Part shown: positions 38,015 through 46,376 of the stretch, one piece after another
Position numbering within the stretch: position 1 is the first letter of the stretch
Layout of the letters: the number at the start of each line of letters is the position of its first letter
NCBI GenBank assembly: GCA_009885605.1
Contig: VFKK01000064.1
Span: forward strand, 1-48,569
Source of the DNA: Cyclobacteriaceae bacterium
Lineage (GTDB): Bacteria > Bacteroidota > Bacteroidia > Cytophagales > Cyclobacteriaceae
Direction: 5' to 3'
DNA: 48,569 nt
Notes under the pieces: generated by a model
Told to the model about the DNA's origin: nothing
Database searches by the model: none
What the model saw: only the letters and a program-made list of their open reading frames with translations
Program-made: the position numbers and the translations under genes

Positions 38015-39373
38015 TTAAATCTCTCCGTGCATGAATAAATAAACCAGCGCGCCACCTAGATAACCCATAAATGCCAGCAAAGAAATCTTTCTCAGGTACC
38101 AACCAAATTCGATCTTTTCCATTCCCATTGCGGCAACTCCGGCAGCTGAACCAATCACCAGGATACTTCCTCCGGTACCTGCACAATAAGCCAAATATTC
38201 CCAAATGAAATCATCCATTGGATACATTTCAAGGCTATACATGCCCATACTTGCAGCGACCAAAGGCACGTTGTCAACGATAGCTGAAAGAACACCGATC
38301 AGGGTAATGATGATTCTGTTATCACCAATGGAGTCATTCAGGTACGTTGCAAAATTGGATAGTGTCCCCATTGATTGAAGCGAGCCTACCGCCAGTAAAA
38401 TGCCGAGAAAGAACAATACGCTCGGCATGTCAATTTTTGTAAGTGCATGGCCTGCGGTGTAATTTTTCCTTTCATGTTCATCCATGTTAGGATTGATCAG
38501 TTCTGAAACGATCCAAAGAACTCCCAAACCTAACAACATACCCATATAGGGAGGCAAATGAGTGGTGGTTTTGAAGATTGGAACGGCGATCAAAACACCT
38601 ATGCCAAGGAGCAACATCAAGTTGCCGGTTAAAACTGCCGGTTTATAAGTTTTTGTGGATTCCTTAAAATCCCCCAAAGTACCTTTTAAGGTAAAACTCA
38701 AATAAAGCAACGGGATTAACATCGTGACTAAGCTTGGTAAAAACACATTCCTGATGATAGCTCCGGCAGATATCTGCCCCCCAATCCAAAGCATCGTAGT
38801 AGTCACATCACCGATTGGAGACCAGGCACCGCCTGCATTTGCAGCGATGATAATCATACCTGCAAAAAAAAGTCGCATCTCTTTATCAGGAATTAATTTC
38901 CTAATCAGAGAAACCATTACGATAGTAGTGGTAAGGTTATCCAGGACTGAAGAAAGGAAGAAAGCGACAATACACACAACCCACAACAGCATAATTGGGT
39001 TTTTCGTCTTGATTCTGTCCGTTATAAACTTAAACCCATGATGCGCATCAACCAATTCGACAATTGTCATCGCTCCCATCAGGAAGAAAAGAATCTGGGC
39101 AATTTCATCTAAATGATGCCCCAACGATTCTGAGACGTATTCCAGATGAATTTCTTCAGGACTTAAAGTACCTGCTTTTTCACCCAGTTCATGAAGGAAA
39201 TCGATATATCGGGTACTGTTTAAGAGAGTTTCTGGTGCATCCGAAACAGTGAAAATCGTCCAACAAATTACTGCTGTTACCAAAGCTGAGGCAGTCTTAT
39301 TTATTTTGATCGGATGTTCAAAGGCTATCGCCAGGTATCCGATTACAAAAACAATAATGATTATGAACTCCAT
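38015..39373 (-). CDS. nhaD: Na+/H+ antiporter NhaD family, copy B
   Basis: Same motifs as copy A; roughly 85% aa identity to it by manual count. Confidence 0.92.
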   Translation of the reverse strand: MEFIIIIVFVIGYLAIAFEHPIKINKTASALVTAVICWTIFTVSDAPETLLNSTRYIDFLHELGEKAGTLSPEEIHLEYVSESLGHHLDEIAQILFFLMGAMTIVELVDAHHGFKFITDRIKTKNPIMLLWVVCIVAFFLSSVLDNLTTTIVMVSLIRKLIPDKEMRLFFAGMIIIAANAGGAWSPIGDVTTTMLWIGGQISAGAIIRNVFLPSLVTMLIPLLYLSFTLKGTLGDFKESTKTYKPAVLTGNLMLLLGIGVLIAVPIFKTTTHLPPYMGMLLGLGVLWIVSELINPNMDEHERKNYTAGHALTKIDMPSVLFFLGILLAVGSLQSMGTLSNFATYLNDSIGDNRIIITLIGVLSAIVDNVPLVAASMGMYSLEMYPMDDFIWEYLAYCAGTGGSILVIGSAAGVAAMGMEKIEFGWYLRKISLLAFMGYLGGALVYLFMHGEI

Positions 39374-39597
39374 TTTAGAATAATTTTTGGCTTATTAATG
39401 TCAGTTTGACAAACCTCGATCCAAACTGAAATGTTGATTTGATCTTTGATCAGGTATTTTTCCAGGCCAAACATCAACCCTTAGTTTGTTCCAATTTTTA
39501 CGGAAGAGGGAATTTGGACTAACTGAACAAGACCTGAAACAGATCCTTGAACAGCAAATTCTAAAGTATTTCCAAAACTTATGGGGGGAACCATAAT

Positions 39598-40824
39598 TTA
39601 CATAAGCTGTGCTAAAGCTATTTCATAGGAATTTTGGGCCAGTTTAGTTTTGCCTTGATTTGATGCAAAAGTTTTCTCAAGGGCATTTTTAATTGTGATA
39701 CTTACATCCGAAAATATGGCCTGATCGGTAATCTCCACCATGTCGCTCATGAGATAGGCAAACACCCGGGCCATCCCACAGTTTGCGATGAAATCCGGAA
39801 TGACAGCTACTTGCTCATCCGCCCAAACTCCGATTGGCCCAACGAAAATTTCTGAATCGGCAAAAGGCACATTCGCTCCACAGGAGATCACTTCAAGTCC
39901 GGCTTTGACCATTCTCTCCGTCTGCTGCTGAGTGATAAGTCGTGAAGCCGCTGCTGGAATAAAGATCTCGGAAGGGATGTCCCAGATTTTGTCATTGATC
40001 TCTGCAAATGGAATCATATTCTCTGATACAAGTGTGTTCCCATCTCTTTTCAGGAATAAGTCCCGGATCTCATCCAAGTTGAATCCATCTTCCTTAATTA
40101 CTCCTCCATTTTTGTCGATAATCCCTACGATTTTCACTCCTTCCACTGAAAGGAAACAAGCTGCTGCCGCGCCAACATTTCCCCAACCTTGGATGATTGC
40201 ACGCTTACCTTTGATATCGCCTCCCCAGATTTTATAAAAATGAAGCACAGCTTCTGCGACTCCATAGCCGGTGATCATATCGGCGACCGTGTATTTTTTG
40301 GTACCATTTGGAGTAAAGTTGGGATCCTCAAGCACTTTGGATACGCCTTGGCGCAACTGGCCAATTTTTCTGATTTTTTGTGGCTCTGTGGCATGAAAAT
40401 GCCCGTTTACAACTCCTTCCTGCGGATGCCAAAGTCCGTATGATTCCGTGATTGGGATTACTTCATGGATTTCGTCGACATTCAGATCTCCGCCGGTACC
40501 ATAGTAACTTTTCAAAAGTGGCATGACTGCTTTGTACCATCTCTGAAGTACAGCTTCTTTTCGCGGATCATTGGGGTCAAAGTTGATTCCTGATTTTGCT
40601 CCTCCGATTGCAGGACCTGATACGGTGAATTTCACCTCCATCGTCTTGGCAAGGGATTCTACTTCGCGTTTGTCAAGACCTTTTCTCATCCTTGTGCCAC
40701 CGCCCGCAGCACCGCCTCTTAAGGAATTAATCACCACCCAGCCTTCTGCTTCAGATTCGCTGTCACTCCACTCGAAAATGATCTCCGGCTGTTTGTTTTC
40801 AAACTTTTTTAATAACTCTTGCAT
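39598..40824 (-). CDS. Glu/Leu/Phe/Val dehydrogenase family protein
   Basis: GGGTRM, GGAKSGI, TGYGV, QGWGNVG, CGAN and IPDFIANCG. Confidence 0.92.
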   Translation of the reverse strand: MQELLKKFENKQPEIIFEWSDSESEAEGWVVINSLRGGAAGGGTRMRKGLDKREVESLAKTMEVKFTVSGPAIGGAKSGINFDPNDPRKEAVLQRWYKAVMPLLKSYYGTGGDLNVDEIHEVIPITESYGLWHPQEGVVNGHFHATEPQKIRKIGQLRQGVSKVLEDPNFTPNGTKKYTVADMITGYGVAEAVLHFYKIWGGDIKGKRAIIQGWGNVGAAAACFLSVEGVKIVGIIDKNGGVIKEDGFNLDEIRDLFLKRDGNTLVSENMIPFAEINDKIWDIPSEIFIPAAASRLITQQQTERMVKAGLEVISCGANVPFADSEIFVGPIGVWADEQVAVIPDFIANCGMARVFAYLMSDMVEITDQAIFSDVSITIKNALEKTFASNQGKTKLAQNSYEIALAQLM

Positions 40825-40851
40825 GTATTTAGTTGGGTTTATTTCTCGGGC

Positions 40852-40859
40852 AAAAATAG
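40852..40859 (-). promoter_or_regulatory. Bacteroidota -7 promoter element for the dehydrogenase
   Basis: TATTTTTG on the minus strand, about 26 nt before the ATG at 40824. Confidence 0.5.
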
Positions 40860-40899
40860 AGAAATTAACCTCCCCGCCTAAATCAAACTCGGAAGTAGA

Positions 40900-41973
40900 T
40901 TATCCATAAACAGTTCCGCCACAAGAGTCTTGCCTCGCTCCTGTCACTGATGCCAATGAGTTATTTTCATTTCTCAATCTCAGAACGCCCAAAAAACCAA
41001 AAACCAAAGCTTCCTTAAACTCGATCAGTTCCGGTGAGGCAACGAATTGAGACCATTTTCCTTGAAGATGATGATTGAGGCGATCGAAAAAGTAGAAATT
41101 GTATGCACCGCCTCCTGTGATGAGAATCGATGGACTTCTGTTGGACTGATTTGACTTGATAACCTCAGATATTTGAAAAGCATAGTGCTCGATCAGCGTA
41201 CAGAGGATGTCTTTTTCAGCAAGTCCGGACTTCGGAATCAGGGGCAAAAATTCCTCTTCTATGTCTTCCCGGCCAAGAGATTTGGGGGCATTATTGGCAT
41301 AAAAAGGAAGCGAATTTAGCAGGCTGAACAGGGAAATGCTAACCGATCCTTCTTTTGCCCAGCTTCCTCCTTTGTCATAAGGCGCTCCAAGGACATTTGC
41401 CTGCTCATTAAGAAGTAAGTTAAAAGGACAACAATCAAATGCAATTCTTTTTCCATCTGAATCCATGCTGATGTTGGCGATGCCTCCCAGATTCACACAA
41501 AAGTCGATCTGAGGAAAAAGCAATTGGTCTCCGATCGGAACTAAAGGTGCGCCTTGTCCTCCCAATTGCACATCCAGCATCCTGAAATCATTGATGACTT
41601 TTAATCCGCATGCCTGGTGAAGCGCCCAGCCATTTCCGATTTGGATACTAAGAGCGTTATTCGGTTGATGGAAAACGGTATGACCGTGCGAGCAAACAGC
41701 AAAAGGAAAAATCTCATTTTCTTTGCAAAAGTCTTTGACTTTTTCTCCCATCCAACGACCAAAATCAACGTCCAGAATTGCCAGATCCAAAGCTGACAAC
41801 AGGTGAGAGTTCATCAGTTTTTCTCCTAAACCCTCCGGAAAAGGTATGGTCATGGAATGTAAAATCTCAAATGTCCAGTGGTCTTGCTTCTCGTAATGGC
41901 AATATGCCAAATCCAGACCATCGCCGGAGGTGCCGGACATGAGTCCGATCATTCTATAACTTGGGTTGCTCAT
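40900..41973 (-). CDS. anmK: Anhydro-N-acetylmuramic acid kinase
   Basis: IGLMSGTSGDGLD, SHGHTVFH, DFR..D...GGQGAPLVP, NLGGIAN, PKSLGRE and GGGAYN. Confidence 0.96.
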   Translation of the reverse strand: MSNPSYRMIGLMSGTSGDGLDLAYCHYEKQDHWTFEILHSMTIPFPEGLGEKLMNSHLLSALDLAILDVDFGRWMGEKVKDFCKENEIFPFAVCSHGHTVFHQPNNALSIQIGNGWALHQACGLKVINDFRMLDVQLGGQGAPLVPIGDQLLFPQIDFCVNLGGIANISMDSDGKRIAFDCCPFNLLLNEQANVLGAPYDKGGSWAKEGSVSISLFSLLNSLPFYANNAPKSLGREDIEEEFLPLIPKSGLAEKDILCTLIEHYAFQISEVIKSNQSNRSPSILITGGGAYNFYFFDRLNHHLQGKWSQFVASPELIEFKEALVFGFLGVLRLRNENNSLASVTGARQDSCGGTVYG

Positions 41974-42075
41974 GGGTTAAAGTATGTTAAGGATCTGTTA
42001 ATCAAAGATAAATTGATAGAGTTGAAAAGCCCCGTTTTTTTTAAATGTCTAATTTGCAATTCTAAAAAAACATTC

Positions 42076-42792
42076 ATGCCAAATCTGGTCATAGACATCG
42101 GAAATACACGAATCAAATCTGCCCTTTTCGAAAAGAAGGAAGTGGTATGGGAGGGTGTTTTTGAGGATTTACAAGAGGCGATCGCTATTTGGACCAATCA
42201 TCATTTCGGTCATTGTTTGGTTAGTTCGGTGCGATGGAGCAAGGAAGAACTGCAGAAGCTATTGCTTTTCGATTTCATTTTCCTGACTTATCAAACTCCA
42301 ATTCCGATTTCGAATTCTTACGGAAGTACGGTTACATTGGGCCAGGACAGGATTGCAGCAGCAATTGGGGGATGGCAATTAGCCGGCAAAGGTCCTGTTT
42401 TGGTCATAGACTTGGGAAGTTGTATTACCTTTGAGTTTGTAAATCAGGACAATGCATACCTGGGCGGAGCAATCAGCCCGGGTCTTGCCATGAGAGCAAA
42501 AGCAATGAATTCCCTCACAGCCCGGCTTCCTTTGGTCGAACTGAAGGAGAAACCAAAAAATCGGATCGGAGACAATACCATCACGTGCATGGAGATCGGA
42601 ATTTGGTATGGTGTTGAGTATGAATTAACAGGTCAAATTCAGGCTTATCAGAAAGAATATCCAGAAATCGTGGTCTTTGTTTGTGGTGGAGACGCTCAAT
42701 CTTTTGTTTCATTGGTAAAAGACCACATATTTGTAGTCCCAAATTTAGTCCTTCATGGACTTAATTGCATTCTAAACCATAATGTTGAGTAA
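42076..42792 (+). CDS. coaX: Type III pantothenate kinase
   Basis: IDIGNTRIK, LGQDR, IDLGSCIT and GGAISPG; ATG at 42076 (the track extension overlaps anmK). Confidence 0.95.
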   Translation: MPNLVIDIGNTRIKSALFEKKEVVWEGVFEDLQEAIAIWTNHHFGHCLVSSVRWSKEELQKLLLFDFIFLTYQTPIPISNSYGSTVTLGQDRIAAAIGGWQLAGKGPVLVIDLGSCITFEFVNQDNAYLGGAISPGLAMRAKAMNSLTARLPLVELKEKPKNRIGDNTITCMEIGIWYGVEYELTGQIQAYQKEYPEIVVFVCGGDAQSFVSLVKDHIFVVPNLVLHGLNCILNHNVE

Positions 42793-44065
42793 GATCAAAT
42801 TGAAATTGCTGGGTGTACTTTGCACCTTTTTCTTGTTTTCTGAGGCATTTGCCCAGTCCAGTTCGTCTACCTACAGTGCTTTGGGAATCGGTGAATTCAA
42901 TTATTCCGGACTTACCCAAAATCAGGGAATGGGCGGTCTTGGGATAAGTTTTGGCACAGGATGGAATGCCAATGTGGTCAATCCTGCCTTGACAACCCGA
43001 AATACGATTTTCAATTTTCAGGCTGCACTTAATTACAAAAAAATTAATGCTGACAACGGACAGCAAAATTCGGATGTGGATGGTGGAGGACTCTCGTACA
43101 TCGCATTTTCCCTACCGGTCAAATCTGGTAAGATTACAGCCGGAATGGGTTTGAACCAGATAACGAGTGTAAATTATCGACTAATCATCGCGAGTTTGGT
43201 TAATAATGCTGAACTGCAAGCTTTCAATTCAATCAAAGGAGACGGTGGTATTTCCGAAGCCTATTTGAATTTTGGTGTTCTGGCTGCAAAAAACCTGAGT
43301 TTTGGTGTTCAAGGCTCTTATTTGTTTGGTTCAACAATTCGAACAAATCGACTTTCGCTGTTTGATGACAATAGCAATTCTGTGGGAACTGTCTCTGAAT
43401 ATTATGAAAGATTAACGGTAAGTGATATCGGTTTGAAATTTGGAGCTCACTACTTTTTCAAGATTGGTGAGAAAAGCAACCTGCATTTAGGAGCCATTTA
43501 TCAGAATTTAGGAGATGTTAATGGAAAAGCTTTTGCTAAACTGGCTGCATTTGGCCAAGCTAGCGATCCCGATTCGGATGGAGATCTGATTGCCAACAAT
43601 GAAAAAGGAAGTGTTTATATCCCAAATCGATACGGATTTGGATTGTCATATGAAAAAATAAATAAATTTGTTGTCGGACTGGAAGGTCAGTATCAGGATT
43701 TCACCCAATACAGATCCTTTCTGGATGATCCACTTCAGTTAAAAGAAGTTATAAAAGTTGGTTTGGGTTTTCAGATTGTACCGGATTACTTGGCTATAGA
43801 TAGCCCCCTAAAACGCACTACGTATCGTTTTGGAGTGGAATATCAGCAGACACCCTATTACCTGAATCAAACCAACATTAATGACATTGGCATTAACTTT
43901 GGAACATCCTTTCCAGTAAACCAACTTTCGCTTGTGAATTTTGCAGTTAAAGTCGGACAAAGAGGAACCACGGAAAATGGGCTGATTAAAGAAAGTTATG
44001 TGAACTTCACCTTCGGGCTTTCACTTAATGACAATAGTTGGTTCTACAAAAGAGTATTTGAATAA
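42782..44065 (+). CDS. Outer-membrane beta-barrel protein (FadL-like)
   Basis: Signal peptide, SSTYSALGIG plug, GMGG, NPA motif, alternating beta strands and aromatic C-terminus. Confidence 0.8.
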   Translation: MLSKIKLKLLGVLCTFFLFSEAFAQSSSSTYSALGIGEFNYSGLTQNQGMGGLGISFGTGWNANVVNPALTTRNTIFNFQAALNYKKINADNGQQNSDVDGGGLSYIAFSLPVKSGKITAGMGLNQITSVNYRLIIASLVNNAELQAFNSIKGDGGISEAYLNFGVLAAKNLSFGVQGSYLFGSTIRTNRLSLFDDNSNSVGTVSEYYERLTVSDIGLKFGAHYFFKIGEKSNLHLGAIYQNLGDVNGKAFAKLAAFGQASDPDSDGDLIANNEKGSVYIPNRYGFGLSYEKINKFVVGLEGQYQDFTQYRSFLDDPLQLKEVIKVGLGFQIVPDYLAIDSPLKRTTYRFGVEYQQTPYYLNQTNINDIGINFGTSFPVNQLSLVNFAVKVGQRGTTENGLIKESYVNFTFGLSLNDNSWFYKRVFE

Positions 44066-44150
44066 AGCTAAACCATTACAGGAGATTGAGGTGAGCTAAT
44101 GGATGCTTCATCAAGATTGAATGTCACCGAATCAAACCAATTAAAAAGAC

Positions 44151-45452
44151 ATGAAAATTAAATCAACCCTTCTTACTCTCTCAGCTTTGCTCCTGGCTGG
44201 TATGGCTCAGGCTCAAGATGGATGGAAATGGCCTGCAGATGCTGCTCAGGAAGCGAAAGCTAGAGAGCTAAATGCGGCTTACACTGACTACATGAAGTCA
44301 GAACAATTTGTGGATGCTTCCAAGCCTCTTTATTGGTTATTGGTAAATACGCCTGAATTGAATGAGTCACTTTACATCAATGGTGTGACTATTTACAAAG
44401 GAGCCGCAGATGCCACTACTGATGCTGCGCAAAAAGCGGTTTATCAGGATTCGGTTATCACCATTTATTCAAAAAGAGGTGATCTTTATAAGAATGAAGC
44501 CAAATGGATTGAAAACAAAGCCTACTACGGCTACCAGTTTTATAAAGCAGATAAAGAAAAATTAAAGATACCAATTGTAGATTTTGAGAAAGCTCAGGAA
44601 TTGAATGGGGCGATCTCTCCAGGCTTGACAGCGGCTTATTTTGACTTGATCAGAAGGAATTACCTGATGAACAAGGCTTATCAACCTGAACAAGTATTGG
44701 CTATTTATGATAAAATCACTGCTCAGTTAGACAAAGCAGCGGCTGATGGCAAGGATGTAACCAGCCCTAAAGGCCAGGTTGAGCAGTTGCTGGTTGCTAT
44801 GGAATTGATTGATTGTGATTTCATCGAAAACACAATGGGACCAAAACTGGCTGCAGATCCTACTAATGAGGTTTTAGCCAACCAAATCTTCAAGTATTCT
44901 GTCCAGTACAAATGCTATTCTTCAAATTCATTCCTTGCAGCATTGGAGGTAATAGATACCAAGAACCCAACTTTCTCAACTTCTCAGGTAAGAGCCATGA
45001 GATATCTACAGGAAGGTGCCTATGATAAAGCTTTGCCGGTTTTGGAGAAAGCATTAACTCTTGCTGAAAATGACGCTCAGAAATCTGAAGTTCATTTGGA
45101 GTTGGCAAAAATCCATGGTAGCCAAGGCAGAAAGTCTCAGGCAAGAACTTCTGCAAGAGAAGCAGTTGCACTTGATGAGTCAAAAACCGGAGATGCATAT
45201 GCATTGATTGGTAATCTTTATATAAATTCTGCAAATGATTGCAGAGGTGGCGAGAGCCGTGCAAAAGACTACTCAATCTACATCGCTGCCTACAACGCTT
45301 ACCAAAGAGCCGGTGATTCCAAAGGAATGGCAAATGCTCGTGCAAGATTCCCATCCAAGGAAGAATTGTTTACAGAAGGTCTTGCGGTTGGTTCTTCCAT
45401 CAATACCGGATGTTGGGTAGGTGAGACTGTAACCCTTGCTACAAGAGATTAA
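44151..45452 (+). CDS. Exported TPR-containing protein
   Basis: Signal peptide ending AQA; helical TPR-like repeats in the C-terminal half. Confidence 0.8.
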   Translation: MKIKSTLLTLSALLLAGMAQAQDGWKWPADAAQEAKARELNAAYTDYMKSEQFVDASKPLYWLLVNTPELNESLYINGVTIYKGAADATTDAAQKAVYQDSVITIYSKRGDLYKNEAKWIENKAYYGYQFYKADKEKLKIPIVDFEKAQELNGAISPGLTAAYFDLIRRNYLMNKAYQPEQVLAIYDKITAQLDKAAADGKDVTSPKGQVEQLLVAMELIDCDFIENTMGPKLAADPTNEVLANQIFKYSVQYKCYSSNSFLAALEVIDTKNPTFSTSQVRAMRYLQEGAYDKALPVLEKALTLAENDAQKSEVHLELAKIHGSQGRKSQARTSAREAVALDESKTGDAYALIGNLYINSANDCRGGESRAKDYSIYIAAYNAYQRAGDSKGMANARARFPSKEELFTEGLAVGSSINTGCWVGETVTLATRD

Positions 45453-45463
45453 TAAATATTTTG

Positions 45464-45501
45464 AATGAATAAAGGCAGTCCCAGGACTGCCTTTATTCAT
45501 T
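45464..45501 (+). terminator. Long perfect hairpin, probable terminator
   Basis: 18 bp perfect inverted repeat AATGAATAAAGGCAGTCC-CA-GGACTGCCTTTATTCATT. Confidence 0.8.
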
Positions 45502-45525
45502 TATAGCCCTTCGATTAAAATCAAG

Positions 45526-45533
45526 TATCTTTG
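45526..45533 (+). promoter_or_regulatory. Bacteroidota -7 promoter element for lptC
   Basis: TATCTTTG, 4 nt before the GTG start. Confidence 0.55.
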
Positions 45534-45537
45534 AAAA

Positions 45538-46080
45538 GTGAATAAGGTTGCAGGATTCTTTTTTTTTATTTTCAGTTTAGCCGTTCTCTCTTGTAGGGAA
45601 GATGTGGATACCACCGCACTTAAAGTTTACGATGGCCCAGTAAATAGCGCCATAAATATTCATTTGGTTCATAGCGATTCAGCGGTGGTGAGATCAGAAA
45701 TAAGGGCTCCTAAGCAACTTGAATTTTCGAACGGCAACATCGAGTTTCCGGAAGGAATAGATATCCAAATTTTTGAAGTGGATGGGACGCTGAGTACAAC
45801 AATGACGGCAGACAAAGGATATTTTCTCAAAACAGAAAACATCTACAAGGGAATCGGGAACGTACAGGTTAAAAACTTATTGAAAGATCAGCGACTGCAG
45901 TCAGAAGAGTTGTATTGGAATCCCACCGATAAGAAAATTTACACCGAGACTTTTGTGACTATTCAGGAAAGACAAACTCTCTTTAATGGTACTGGCATGG
46001 AAGCCGATCAGAGTTTCAGCAAATACAAGCTTAAGAAAGTAAGAGATAGTCGAACCGTATTGCCAGGGGAAGGAATATGA
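45538..46080 (+). CDS. lptC: LPS export periplasmic protein LptC (Bacteroidota lipoprotein type)
   Basis: Lipobox VLSC, SDSA, EFPEGI, L.SEELYW and G.GMEADQ.F; context between coaX-OMP-TPR and the CNNM gene. Confidence 0.82.
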   Translation: MNKVAGFFFFIFSLAVLSCREDVDTTALKVYDGPVNSAINIHLVHSDSAVVRSEIRAPKQLEFSNGNIEFPEGIDIQIFEVDGTLSTTMTADKGYFLKTENIYKGIGNVQVKNLLKDQRLQSEELYWNPTDKKIYTETFVTIQERQTLFNGTGMEADQSFSKYKLKKVRDSRTVLPGEGI

Positions 46081-46164
46081 AAGGGATAACTCAGATGATT
46101 GTTTTGTTTGAGATAATCAGAGATAGAGAATTTTCTGTGGGAAAAGAAATCAAAATTAAATCCG

Positions 46165-46374
46165 ATGAAACTACCTGACGCACTTTTGTTGTCCCTTTCT
46201 TTAGCATTGATTATTGTTGGAATACACCAATCGCTGACTGCCGGAATTGGTGCTTCCTATCCGATTTTTATGTTCGCAGTCGCTTTGCTATTTTGGTTTC
46301 AATATCGAAGAATACAGCATCCCGCAGAACCAATTTCACCTCAGAAAAAAACTAAACCTGGCAAAAAGCGCTAA
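46165..46374 (+). CDS. Small two-TM membrane protein
   Basis: 69 aa, two hydrophobic helices and a basic tail; ends 2 nt before the next start. Confidence 0.7.
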   Translation: MKLPDALLLSLSLALIIVGIHQSLTAGIGASYPIFMFAVALLFWFQYRRIQHPAEPISPQKKTKPGKKR

Positions 46375-46376
46375 AA

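Noticed and set aside
35824-38204. Similar alternate-frame ORFs 35824-36099 and 37887-38204 (MG.FGLLCRYRRKY) as a conserved overlapping gene
   Set aside because: The similarity follows directly from the nhaD duplication.
39374-39597. Na+/Li+ riboswitch or small ORF in the nhaD leaders (hairpin TCAGTTTG...CAAACTGA at 39401-39429; reading frame ...EQDLKQILEQQILKYF)
   Set aside because: Neither the hairpin nor an open frame is conserved in the homologous leader of copy A, and I recognised no riboswitch consensus.
41878-42075. N-terminal extension of CoaX in the track
   Set aside because: It overlaps anmK on the opposite strand; family similarity begins at 42076.
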